A stretch of 62,626 nt of DNA, the filler included, from Mycoplasmatota bacterium (lineage in GTDB: Bacteria; Bacillota_I; Bacilli_A; RF39; UBA660), in the NCBI GenBank assembly GCA_012727915.1. It is 7 parts of 7 records of this genome, joined end to end, with 100 filler letters (N's around TTAATTAATTAA, not from the genome) between each part and the next. Parts side by side here need not be neighbours in the genome. Positions count along the whole stretch, not along the records: positions 19,625 to 29,378 come from JAAYGD010000035.1; 6 more parts are not named here. The stretch is one strand, 5' to 3'. Numbering within the stretch: the stretch's first letter is position 1; every line of letters starts with the position of its first letter. The position numbers were made by a program, and so were the translations under genes. Shown one piece after another: positions 20,294 to 29,478 of this stretch. Below the pieces are notes generated by a model, which made no database searches, had not been told where the DNA came from, and saw only the letters and a list, made by a program, of their open reading frames with translations.

Positions 20294-21070
20294 ATGGAAA
20301 CACTGTTACTTACATTAATAGTTGTATTTATTTATATGAATATTGTTTTTTTAATAGCTTTAAAACATAAAAACAATGGTTTAGTAGATGTCGGTTGGGG
20401 ATTTGGATTTGTTGTTATTTCTATTTTTAGTTTATTAATTAATATAGATAAGTTTTTAATAATTAAATTAATACCTACAATATTAGTAATGTTGTGGGGA
20501 TTAAGATTATCTTATTATTTGTTTAAAAGAAATTATAAAAAAGAAGAAGATTATAGATATAAAGATATGAGACAAAGATGGGGTAATAAAGTAAATATTA
20601 ATGCTTATTTTAAAGTTTTTATGTTACAAGGTTTATTAATGAGTACTATTGCACTACCTATAATATTTTTTAATGCAAGTAATCTTGAAAAATTAAATTT
20701 ATTAAATATTTTTGGAATAATTATATGGATAATTGGATATATATTTGAAGTAGTAGGGGATTATCAATTGAAAAAGTTTATTAAAAATCCAAATAATAAA
20801 GGTAAAATAATGACATATGGTTTATGGAAATATACTAGACATCCTAATTATTTTGGAGAATCTGTTATGTGGTGGGGAATATTTTTAATAACTATTAATT
20901 CTTCATTAAGTTACTATGGAATTATTAGTCCAATATTTATTACATTCTTATTAGTATTTATATCTGGAATTCCTTTATTAGAAAAAAAATATGAGAATAA
21001 TAAGGAATTTCAAGAATACGCTAAAAAAACAAGCAAGTTCATACCTTGGTTTGTTAAGAAAGGAGGTTGA
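20294..21070 (+). CDS. DUF1295-family membrane protein (steroid 5-alpha-reductase/ICMT-like)
   Basis: [43 protein letters not shown]. Confidence 0.9.
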   Translation: METLLLTLIVVFIYMNIVFLIALKHKNNGLVDVGWGFGFVVISIFSLLINIDKFLIIKLIPTILVMLWGLRLSYYLFKRNYKKEEDYRYKDMRQRWGNKVNINAYFKVFMLQGLLMSTIALPIIFFNASNLEKLNLLNIFGIIIWIIGYIFEVVGDYQLKKFIKNPNNKGKIMTYGLWKYTRHPNYFGESVMWWGIFLITINSSLSYYGIISPIFITFLLVFISGIPLLEKKYENNKEFQEYAKKTSKFIPWFVKKGG

Positions 21071-21471
21071 AATTTAAATTGATAAAAATGTATCTGATTG
21101 CTCTTGTAATATTTGTAATAATTGATGGTATATGGTTAGGATTTATTGCAAAAGATCTATATAGAAAAGAACTAGGGCACTTATTAGCAAGTAATCCTAA
21201 TTGGACAGCTGCAATTATATTTTATTTATTATTTCTAGTTGGATTAGTTTACTTTGTAATAAATCCAGGAATTGAAAAAGAAAGTATAATGACTGTAGTA
21301 ATATCTGGAGCTTTATTTGGATTATTAACTTATGCTACTTATGACTTAACAAATTTAGCAACATTAAAGGAATGGCCTTTAAAAATTACTATTATAGATT
21401 TAATTTGGGGAACCTCATTATCTACAATAGTATCAACTGCAACTTATTATTTTTATATGTTATTTAAATAG
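21067..21471 (+). CDS. DUF2177-family membrane protein
   Basis: [37 protein letters not shown]...IDLIWG. Confidence 0.88.
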   Translation: MKFKLIKMYLIALVIFVIIDGIWLGFIAKDLYRKELGHLLASNPNWTAAIIFYLLFLVGLVYFVINPGIEKESIMTVVISGALFGLLTYATYDLTNLATLKEWPLKITIIDLIWGTSLSTIVSTATYYFYMLFK

Positions 21472-21479
21472 GAGGATAT

Positions 21480-22259
21480 ATGAAAGATAAATATGAAAAA
21501 CTAGTTAGATTTAATAGAAATATGGGGATATTACATCTTATACAAGCTATAATGATGTTATTCTTAGCTACAACTGTAATAGGTAAAATAGCAGAATTTT
21601 CACCTACAATAACAAAACTTTATTTAGAATTTAATACAACAACACAATCATTAGAACAAGCTTCTAAACCATTATTTGAATTACCATTTGGTGTATTAGT
21701 ATCATTATTCTTATTCATTTCTGCATTTGCACATTTCTTCATAGTATTTAAAAAGAAAAAATATGTTGAAGATTTAAAAGAAGGAATCAATAAATTTAGA
21801 TGGATAGAGTATGCTTTATCTTCATCTATAATGATAGTATTAATTGCAACATTATTTGGAGTATACGATATTAGTTCATTGATTTTAATATTTGTTGTTA
21901 ATGCTTCTATGAACTTATTTGGACTTGTAATGGAACAATTAAATGTAGGCCAAGACAAGAAGAAGGTTAATTGGGAACCATTTATTTGGGGTTCAATAGC
22001 TGGTTTAGCACCATGGATAGTAATATTAATATATATGTTTGGAAACGGAAATTTAGATATGGTTCCATGGTTTGTATGGGCAATAGTAGCAACATACTTT
22101 GTAACATTTAATACATTCCCAATAAATATGATTTTACAATATAAAAAGACAGGAAAATGGAAAGATTATTTATATGGTGAAAGAGTTTATATAATATTAA
22201 GTCTAGTAGCAAAAACAGCTTTAGCTTGGTTAGTATTATTTGGCGCAATGCAACCATAA
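21480..22259 (+). CDS. heR: Heliorhodopsin (HeR)
   Basis: Seven TM segments; LHLIQA and AFAHF histidines, NKFRWIEYALSSSIM counter-ion motif, YLYGERVYIILSLVAK retinal-binding Lys. Confidence 0.93.
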   Translation: MKDKYEKLVRFNRNMGILHLIQAIMMLFLATTVIGKIAEFSPTITKLYLEFNTTTQSLEQASKPLFELPFGVLVSLFLFISAFAHFFIVFKKKKYVEDLKEGINKFRWIEYALSSSIMIVLIATLFGVYDISSLILIFVVNASMNLFGLVMEQLNVGQDKKKVNWEPFIWGSIAGLAPWIVILIYMFGNGNLDMVPWFVWAIVATYFVTFNTFPINMILQYKKTGKWKDYLYGERVYIILSLVAKTALAWLVLFGAMQP

Positions 22260-22262
22260 CAT

Positions 22263-22290
22263 AAAACATTGATTATTCAATGTTTTTTTT
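22263..22290 (+). terminator. Intrinsic terminator ending the HeR operon
   Basis: AAAACATTGA-ttat-TCAATGTTTT followed by T-run. Confidence 0.8.
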
Positions 22291-22316
22291 ATGATATAAT
22301 TTATATAGGTGATAAT

Positions 22317-22946
22317 ATGATTTGTGATTTACATATTCATACTAATCTTTCAGATGGTAAAAGTACTTTTAATGAAGTAATTGAAAGATCAATGAAAAAT
22401 AATGTTAAAATTATTTCTATTACTGACCATAATAGAATTGATAATTATTATAATTTAATTAAACCTGCAGATTTAAAGATAATCAATGGTGTTGAAATTT
22501 CAGTATTATATAACAATTATGAATATCATTTTTTAATGTATGGATTTGATCCTTATAATAAACATATAATTAAATATAATAATGATTCTATTAAACATTC
22601 AAAGAAAAACTTTAATAATTATTGTATATCTTTAGAAGAATTATTTGAATTAGAACATAACACTAACTCAATTGTAGCTTTAGCACATCCAACTAAATAT
22701 TTTAATAATATTGATGAAATAGAGAAATTCATTTTATTTTTAAAAAAAGAATATAATTTGAGAGCTGTTGAATGTTATAATACAAGCGCATCAGTTGAAC
22801 AACAAGATAAATTAATTAAAATAAGTAATAAATATGATTTATATATAAGTGGAGGAAGCGATTATCATGGTAAACCTCCTAGAGAAATAGGATATGCTAA
22901 TAGATTAATATATAAAGAATATTTGAGTATATTAAATATATTATAG
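22317..22946 (+). CDS. PHP-domain phosphoesterase
   Basis: DLHIHTNLSDG, ITDHN, GVEIS, LAHP, SGGSDYHG. Confidence 0.88.
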   Translation: MICDLHIHTNLSDGKSTFNEVIERSMKNNVKIISITDHNRIDNYYNLIKPADLKIINGVEISVLYNNYEYHFLMYGFDPYNKHIIKYNNDSIKHSKKNFNNYCISLEELFELEHNTNSIVALAHPTKYFNNIDEIEKFILFLKKEYNLRAVECYNTSASVEQQDKLIKISNKYDLYISGGSDYHGKPPREIGYANRLIYKEYLSILNIL

Positions 22947-22955
22947 GGGTTATTA

Positions 22956-23798
22956 ATGAATAAAATAATTATAGATAAATTAAATAAATATTTTAATAAT
23001 GATGAAATTAATGAATTATTAAATAATCTTAATAATAAGCAAAGATCAAATATAATTAACAACAACTATTTTGCAAAAATAGGAAATAATTCAAATAAAT
23101 TATTTTTTAATAATTTAATAAAAGAAATTGATTTATATAAAAATAACAAAAATAATAATATTCCATTAATTGTTGACTCATATATAGATAGTAATTTTTG
23201 CTTATTGATATTAAAAAGAATTGAAGGAAATACAATTGGTTCTAATAGAAATCAATTTAATATAAATTTAAGCAAAAAAAAGAAATTGTTAATAATAAAT
23301 AATATTTTAAATATTAAAAATTTGAATGTTAATTTAGAGATAGATAAAAAATATAATAGAAAAGAAAAATTAGAAAAATATTTATCTAATACAAATAAAT
23401 ATATTTCAAAAAATACATTAAACAAAATAACAAATAACATCAATGAAATTTCAAAGGATACAGAAAATGTGATTTCACATGGTGATTTAATACCTAATAA
23501 TATTTTATTAAATAATGAACAAGTATATTTTATTGATTGGGAATATATTTCATATAAACCAATTAGTTATGATTTAACATATTTTTTATTGTTTTCTAAA
23601 AAATACAATTCTCTTGATATTATAGATTCAATTACTTTAAATTTTGATAAAAAAGACATTTATAGAGATGGAATAATCATCTGTTTAAAAGAAATTAATA
23701 ACTGGATAAAATTAATTGATAAAATTGATAATGATATTGTAGAAAAAAATATTAAAAGATGGAATAGAGAATTAAATTTTATATTAAAAAAATTATAA
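22956..23798 (+). CDS. APH/choline-kinase-like phosphotransferase
   Basis: Brenner motif SHGDLIPNNILL and FIDWEY. Confidence 0.8.
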   Translation: MNKIIIDKLNKYFNNDEINELLNNLNNKQRSNIINNNYFAKIGNNSNKLFFNNLIKEIDLYKNNKNNNIPLIVDSYIDSNFCLLILKRIEGNTIGSNRNQFNINLSKKKKLLIINNILNIKNLNVNLEIDKKYNRKEKLEKYLSNTNKYISKNTLNKITNNINEISKDTENVISHGDLIPNNILLNNEQVYFIDWEYISYKPISYDLTYFLLFSKKYNSLDIIDSITLNFDKKDIYRDGIIICLKEINNWIKLIDKIDNDIVEKNIKRWNRELNFILKKL

Positions 23799-23850
23799 TA
23801 TTTAAAATAAAACATATAAATAGAAAATAAATACTAAATTAGGGGGTAAA

Positions 23851-24807
23851 ATGAAAATAGATGATAATGAACGAATAAAGGATTTTTATAATTATATTAA
23901 TAATTATAAATTTATTGCGCATAGATTAGGATTTAAAATGGAAGGTTATCCTGAAAACTCAATTAATAATTTATATTCAATTTTAAGTAATAAAAGGTCA
24001 CTTAATACAATTAATGGATTAGAGTTTGATATTAGATTTTCTAAAGATCATATTCCAGTTGTAATTCATGATTCAAATACGTCTGATGTAAGTGAATCTA
24101 ATAAAATTATTGAAATAACTTATTTGAAAGAACTGAAAGAATTAATATTTGGTTATAGAAAAAGTGATTATAATAGTGATATTCCATGGATAGAAAATAA
24201 TACTTTTAATATTATAACATTAGATGAAATATTATCTTTGTTATATGAAAATAAAAGATTAATAAACGATAAAATTATAAAAATTGAAACAAAATCAATC
24301 AAAATAAATAAAGAAGATTTGATTGCTTTCAATAATATACTAAACAAATACAAATCATTAAATGATAATATAATTCATATTTCGTTTTTCCCTTGGAATT
24401 TAAAAATGCTTAGAATTTTACAAAAAAATAATAATGAAAGATTAACTAAAACTGAATTTTTATCTGACTTTCATTTTGAAAGAATAGCGGAAAATCATTA
24501 TAATTCATATTTTGATGGAATATCTTTAGGAGTAAAAGAAACAAAAGTTGATGGAAATATAAAAATAAATAAAGCAGCAGAAAAAATTTCTAATTTAACT
24601 GAATTTTTCAACAACAAGAGAAATGCAGTTGATCAAGATTGGCTTGAAAAAATAATTAAAAGTTATGGTTATGCTGGAATATATACAATTAATGATAGAA
24701 ATAGTATTTTAGAATTTGTATCTAGAGTATCAAGCGATTTTCTTAAAGAAAATTCAAACAAAATATATATTACTTCAGATAATCCTAAATATTTAAAAAA
24801 AATATAA
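23851..24807 (+). CDS. Glycerophosphodiester phosphodiesterase family protein
   Basis: IAHRLG...PENS...LEFDIRFSKDHIPVVIHD...KIETK. Confidence 0.82.
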   Translation: MKIDDNERIKDFYNYINNYKFIAHRLGFKMEGYPENSINNLYSILSNKRSLNTINGLEFDIRFSKDHIPVVIHDSNTSDVSESNKIIEITYLKELKELIFGYRKSDYNSDIPWIENNTFNIITLDEILSLLYENKRLINDKIIKIETKSIKINKEDLIAFNNILNKYKSLNDNIIHISFFPWNLKMLRILQKNNNERLTKTEFLSDFHFERIAENHYNSYFDGISLGVKETKVDGNIKINKAAEKISNLTEFFNNKRNAVDQDWLEKIIKSYGYAGIYTINDRNSILEFVSRVSSDFLKENSNKIYITSDNPKYLKKI

Positions 24808-24847
24808 ATTTATTTATGATATGTTATAATAATATAGAGGTGATAAA

Positions 24848-25000
24848 ATGAAATTTTTAAGTTGGTTAGGTGGAATAGTATTATTTATTTGGTTACTTGG
24901 CTTAATATTTAAAATAGGTGGAATATTTATTCATTTATTATTAATATTTGCAGTAATAGTATTTATTTATGACAAATTTATTGGATTAAAAAAGAAATAA
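24848..25000 (+). CDS. lmo0937/DUF5670-family small membrane protein (50 aa), copy 1
   Basis: RBS GAGGTGA; MKFLSWLGGIVLFIWLLGLIFKIGGIFIHLLLIFAVIVFIYDKFIGLKKK*. Confidence 0.8.
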   Translation: MKFLSWLGGIVLFIWLLGLIFKIGGIFIHLLLIFAVIVFIYDKFIGLKKK

Positions 25001-25040
25001 CACAAAAAAAGCTATATATTATATAGTTTTTTTTTATAAT

Positions 25041-25069
25041 TTGATTATTATTGACATATGTGCTATAAT
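25041..25069 (+). promoter_or_regulatory. SigmaA promoter of the ice-binding protein/sortase unit
   Basis: TTGATT-17 nt-TATAAT with extended TG. Confidence 0.65.
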
Positions 25070-25119
25070 TCAATCAATAAGAACTAATATTAAGTAACAA
25101 TTAAATAATAAAGATTATT

Positions 25120-25151
25120 AGAGAGGAGTGCACCCGTGTACTTCTTTTTTT
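25120..25151 (+). promoter_or_regulatory. Terminator-like hairpin inside the 5' leader of the ice-binding gene
   Basis: GAGGAGTGCA-CCCG-TGTACTTC followed by T7. Confidence 0.55.
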
Positions 25152-25202
25152 GGTATTAGAATTTTATTAAAATAATTATATATATAATAGAAAGGAAAAA
25201 AT

Positions 25203-26027
25203 ATGAAAAAAACTATATTTTATATAATATCTTTAATGCTTATACTTCCTATTTTAACAGTATCAGCATTAACAACAATCAACCAAGGAACAACAAAAGA
25301 TTTTGCGGTTTTGGCGGGTTCTACAATAACTAATACAGGTTCTTCTACGATTAATGGAGACATAGGATTATATCCAGGAACATCATTAATTAATAAAGAA
25401 GGTATTACTTTAGATGGAACGATACATTTAACTGATTCAGTTGCTGATGTAGCTAAAAATGATTTAACAACAGCATATAATCAAGTAAGTGGTTTATTAC
25501 CAGTTAGTAGAATAGCTACACAACTAGGTGGTCAAACATTAAAACCAGGTATATATGATTCCGCTGATGGAACATTTAATATTACTGGAACATTGATCTT
25601 AGATGCAGAAGGAGATTCAAATGCAATATTTATTTTTAAAACTAGTTCTACCCTTATAACTGCTACATCAAGTAAAATTAGCTTAATTAATAATGCACAA
25701 CATTGTAATGTCTACTGGAAAGTAGGTAGTTCAGCAACTTTAGGAACTAATTCAAATTTTGTTGGACATATTTATGCTTTATCTTCTATAACTGCAACAA
25801 CAGGAGCAAAAATTCAAGGACAATTATTAGCGAGAGATGGAGCAGTAACTTTAGATTCAAATACAATAATTAATACTGTATGTGCTGTAACAACAACAGT
25901 AAATGGCGGAGAATTACCAAATACATCTACAAATTTATATAATATGTTGATTATTGGTATATTAATGGTTACTATTGGTTTATCTTCTTTAGTTATAAAT
26001 AAACGTTATGTTAAAAATAAAAAATAA
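25203..26027 (+). CDS. DUF3494 ice-binding-family protein with LPXTG-like sorting signal
   Basis: Signal peptide; FAVLAGSTITNTGSS..GDIG, LGGQTLKPGIY, FIFK, NVYWKVGSSATLGT..F.G, GQLLARDGAVTLDSN; LPNTS plus TM helix plus basic tail. Confidence 0.92.
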   Translation: MKKTIFYIISLMLILPILTVSALTTINQGTTKDFAVLAGSTITNTGSSTINGDIGLYPGTSLINKEGITLDGTIHLTDSVADVAKNDLTTAYNQVSGLLPVSRIATQLGGQTLKPGIYDSADGTFNITGTLILDAEGDSNAIFIFKTSSTLITATSSKISLINNAQHCNVYWKVGSSATLGTNSNFVGHIYALSSITATTGAKIQGQLLARDGAVTLDSNTIINTVCAVTTTVNGGELPNTSTNLYNMLIIGILMVTIGLSSLVINKRYVKNKK

Positions 26028-26595
26028 TAAACATAATTTTATAACATTATTTCCATTAATCATTATTGTAATAGGACTTTGTTTTATGAATTGGGCAATA
26101 ATATCAATAAAAAAATATACATCATATCAAGTTGAATATAAAGCTCCTTCAAATAATAATGAGGTTAATAACGTATTAAAATATAAAGCTTATCCCGTAA
26201 AAGGAGAGCATATAGGTACAATATCAATTCCAATATTAAATAAAACGTTCCCAATTATTGAAGGAACATCTAATAATGAACTAAAACATGGGGTGGGTCA
26301 CTATATTGAAAGTGTACTTCCTGGAGTAAAAAACAATAGTGTTCTTTCAGCTCACAGAGACACACTTTTTGCTGAAATTGGAAAACTCAAAATAGGAGAT
26401 AGTATTATTATTAATATGGATAATCAAGAATATATATATGAAGTAATAAATACAAAAATAGTAAAAAAGGATGATAGAACAGTTATTGTTCCTACAGAAG
26501 AAGCTATATTAACACTAACAACATGTTATCCATTTAATTTTATTGGATTATCTCCTGATCGTTATATAATATCTTCAATATTAATTAATAGATAG
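26008..26595 (+). CDS. Sortase (class D-like)
   Basis: LKHGVGHY, NSVLSAHRDT, LTLTTCYPF...R; overlaps the 3' end of the ice-binding gene. Confidence 0.92.
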   Translation: MLKIKNNKHNFITLFPLIIIVIGLCFMNWAIISIKKYTSYQVEYKAPSNNNEVNNVLKYKAYPVKGEHIGTISIPILNKTFPIIEGTSNNELKHGVGHYIESVLPGVKNNSVLSAHRDTLFAEIGKLKIGDSIIINMDNQEYIYEVINTKIVKKDDRTVIVPTEEAILTLTTCYPFNFIGLSPDRYIISSILINR

Positions 26596-26618
26596 ATTGA
26601 GAAATGAGGTGATTAATT

Positions 26619-26768
26619 ATGGATTTATTAATATGGATTGGTGGAATAGTAGTAATAGTATGGTTATTAGGATTTTTACTAAACTTTGGTGGAAGTCTTA
26701 TCCATTTACTACTTATTATAGCTGCTGTATTATTTATAGCAGATAAAGTATTTGGAAAAAGAATATAA
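26619..26768 (+). CDS. lmo0937/DUF5670-family small membrane protein (49 aa), copy 2
   Basis: RBS GAGGTGA; MDLLIWIGGIVVIVWLLGFLLNFGGSLIHLLLIIAAVLFIADKVFGKRI*. Confidence 0.8.
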   Translation: MDLLIWIGGIVVIVWLLGFLLNFGGSLIHLLLIIAAVLFIADKVFGKRI

Positions 26769-26879
26769 TTAATTAAGATTGCATTAAAATGTAATTTTTT
26801 TTTTATTTTATTAAGATTTATTGACAATAATTTATAAATGGTGGTATTATGAACTTAATGGTAAAATAAAGGTGGTTTT

Positions 26880-29177
26880 ATGAAAAAAGGATTTACTTTA
26901 ATTGAACTACTTAGTGTTTTAGTTATCTTAGGAATTATACTTGTTATAGCAGTTCCAAGAGTATTGGATGTTATAGAAATCTCAAAAAAACAAGCTTTTG
27001 AATTGGATGTAAAAAATGTAATAAAAACTTTTGATTTGAAAAGTATGATATCACCAGACCCAAGTAATTTTATTGTTACTAATAACAATATGAGTGATGT
27101 ATTACACATGTCAGATGAGAATTATGAATTTTTAGAATTATCTAGTGATATAGATAATTCTTATGCTATAGTAGCAGGAAAAAATGCATGGGAAGGTTTA
27201 ATTATATGCGGCACCATGGAAAATTTGGCTTTTTTTGATGATATTGAAGATTGTAATAGATTTGTTGCAGAACCTGTATACACTTCAGAAGAGATTACTG
27301 CAAAAATTGCTTTAGGATATATACCAATTTCTACAGCCGACGAACTAAATAACATTAGAAATAATACTTCAAATACTTTTGGATTAAATACAGAATGGGA
27401 AAATACATATGTTGGTGGTTTAGATAAAAATTATATTCAAGTTAAAAGTATTAACCTTGGTGTTGAACCATATAATACTGGAGAAGGATGGGTTCCTATT
27501 GGAACTCATGAATATTATTGTGATGTAGTTGAACCAGTAGTAGGTGCATTCGAAGGTATTTACGATGGTGGTGGATATAAAATTAGTAATCTTTATATTA
27601 ATCGAAATATAACTATTTATCCTGTTGGATTATTTAGTACAAGTTCAGGAAGTTTTTATAATATAATTATTGATCAATCAAGTGTTACTAGTGGTTACAA
27701 AAATATTATGCTGAATGAATGGTCTTATGTTCGAGAAAATGAAATGCCTGTTGGAACATTAGTTGGGCTTGTAACAGGAAATAATATAAATATTGATAAT
27801 GTGAAAATACAAGGAAATACAAAAGCAATAACTGGTGTCAAAAGTATTTGGCCAACAAAAATCGGAAGTTTAATTGGTTATGTTCAAAACGTAAATATAA
27901 TTAATATTACTAATACTAAAGCAATAGGTAACGTAATAGGGTACTCAAGCTTTGTTGGTGGATTAATAGGACGTGTTTCAAAATACAATGAAATTCTTAT
28001 AGAAAATTCATCTTTTGACGGCAAAGTAATTGGAGGTTATAAAATAGCGGGTTTAATTGGTAAAGCAGCATATGAGAAAACAAGTAGTGACCCAAGTCCT
28101 TGGACAAATTCTGTTAAACTGACTATAAGAAACACTATTGTAAACGCAGATATTACTGCAAATGAAGGTATGGACATTGGTGGACTTGTTGGACAAACAA
28201 AGTTTTTAAATGATTTATTAATTGAAAACGTTACTTTCAATGGAAACATTAATTACTCGTTTCATAATACTGGTGGTTTAGTTGGTAATGTTGGTAGATC
28301 AAATTCACTTATCATTAAAGATTCGAATGTTAACGGAAATATTGTAGATAATTATAGTGGTAGAGCTGGTGGTGTAATTGGAACAATAAAAGAAGTTTCT
28401 TCAGTTTTATTAGATAATGTTCACTATATTGGGAATATTAATACTGATAGGCCATCATATCATCCTCCTTTACGTATTGGAGGACTAATAGGAAGTGTTG
28501 GAATTTTTTGGAATACAGAAGACCCTATGTTTTATACTTTAGTAAATATAAATAATAGTTCTGCTAAAGGAGATTTAATTGGAGCAACATCTAAAATGGG
28601 TGGTTTAGTAGGAGTTATTGATAGAAATGATCAAAAAATTGTTAATTCTCAACTTAATATAAATAATTCTTTTTATGAAGGAAATATTTATACAAAAACT
28701 AATTCTGATTTAAATCAAGGTAGATTTTTAATGCTAGGTGGTTTAGTAGGTGCTGGAGTAAATATAAATATAAATAATTCATATGCTAAAAGCAATATAT
28801 ATGGGGTGTTTAATTCAACAAGATGTAAAATAAATCTAATCACTGAACACGCCGTTGGTGGTTTAGTTGGAAAAATTATAACAAATGCAACTATTACTAA
28901 TTCATATTATGTCGGAGATATTGAAGTTAAATATGTAGATGTTGTACAAAATTTGAACACTTATGATTACATCAATGCAGTAGTGGGAGATAAAGATAAT
29001 GCTACTTTAACTGGAGTTTATTATGATTCAACAGTTACTAGTGTTCAAGATACATTAGCAATTCCAAAGACTACTATAAATATGAAAAGTGGTGTACCTA
29101 GTTTAGATATATATACAAACTGGGATACAAATATATGGAATTTTGATGATACAAATGCTTATCCTACTTTTAAATAA
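26880..29177 (+). CDS. Large pilin-like protein with GLUG-type (GGLVG) repeats
   Basis: KKG|FTLIELL class III signal; many xGGLVG/GGLIG repeats; ISTADELNNIRN, GEGWVPIG, YDGGGYKISNLYINR; W..NIWNF...YP C-terminus. Confidence 0.82.
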   Translation: MKKGFTLIELLSVLVILGIILVIAVPRVLDVIEISKKQAFELDVKNVIKTFDLKSMISPDPSNFIVTNNNMSDVLHMSDENYEFLELSSDIDNSYAIVAGKNAWEGLIICGTMENLAFFDDIEDCNRFVAEPVYTSEEITAKIALGYIPISTADELNNIRNNTSNTFGLNTEWENTYVGGLDKNYIQVKSINLGVEPYNTGEGWVPIGTHEYYCDVVEPVVGAFEGIYDGGGYKISNLYINRNITIYPVGLFSTSSGSFYNIIIDQSSVTSGYKNIMLNEWSYVRENEMPVGTLVGLVTGNNINIDNVKIQGNTKAITGVKSIWPTKIGSLIGYVQNVNIINITNTKAIGNVIGYSSFVGGLIGRVSKYNEILIENSSFDGKVIGGYKIAGLIGKAAYEKTSSDPSPWTNSVKLTIRNTIVNADITANEGMDIGGLVGQTKFLNDLLIENVTFNGNINYSFHNTGGLVGNVGRSNSLIIKDSNVNGNIVDNYSGRAGGVIGTIKEVSSVLLDNVHYIGNINTDRPSYHPPLRIGGLIGSVGIFWNTEDPMFYTLVNINNSSAKGDLIGATSKMGGLVGVIDRNDQKIVNSQLNINNSFYEGNIYTKTNSDLNQGRFLMLGGLVGAGVNININNSYAKSNIYGVFNSTRCKINLITEHAVGGLVGKIITNATITNSYYVGDIEVKYVDVVQNLNTYDYINAVVGDKDNATLTGVYYDSTVTSVQDTLAIPKTTINMKSGVPSLDIYTNWDTNIWNFDDTNAYPTFK

Positions 29178-29194
29178 TATGGAAGGATGTATTT

Positions 29195-29378
29195 ATGAAT
29201 AAAAAATTATTGAATATGTTTAATGTATTGAAAAAATACATAATAAAAAATAAAAGGATTTTTATTATAGGATTATTAATAATAATTCCTTTAATTGTTT
29301 TTGTAATTTTTACTGATACTTTAAATGAAAAATATAAAAACTCTAAATCTCCTTATATCAGTTTATTAGGAGAAAAGA
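29195..29378 (+). CDS. Membrane-anchored protein, 3'-truncated
   Basis: N-terminal TM helix then SPYISLLG (possible start of an Ig-like domain). Confidence 0.5.
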
Positions 29379-29478
29379 NNNNNNNNNNNNNNNNNNNNNN
29401 NNNNNNNNNNNNNNNNNNNNNNTTAATTAATTAANNNNNNNNNNNNNNNNNNNNNNNNNNNNNNNNNNNNNNNNNNNN
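29379..29478. other. Artificial contig linker
   Basis: N-TTAATTAATTAA-N. Confidence 0.98.

Noticed and set aside
22317..24807. Treating PHP/kinase/GDPD as part of the heliorhodopsin operon
   Set aside because: A clear terminator (22263-22290) and a new extended -10 promoter separate them
26585..26827. 80-aa minus-strand ORF
   Set aside because: Antisense shadow of the lmo0937-like gene at 26619..26768, which has an RBS and a paralog
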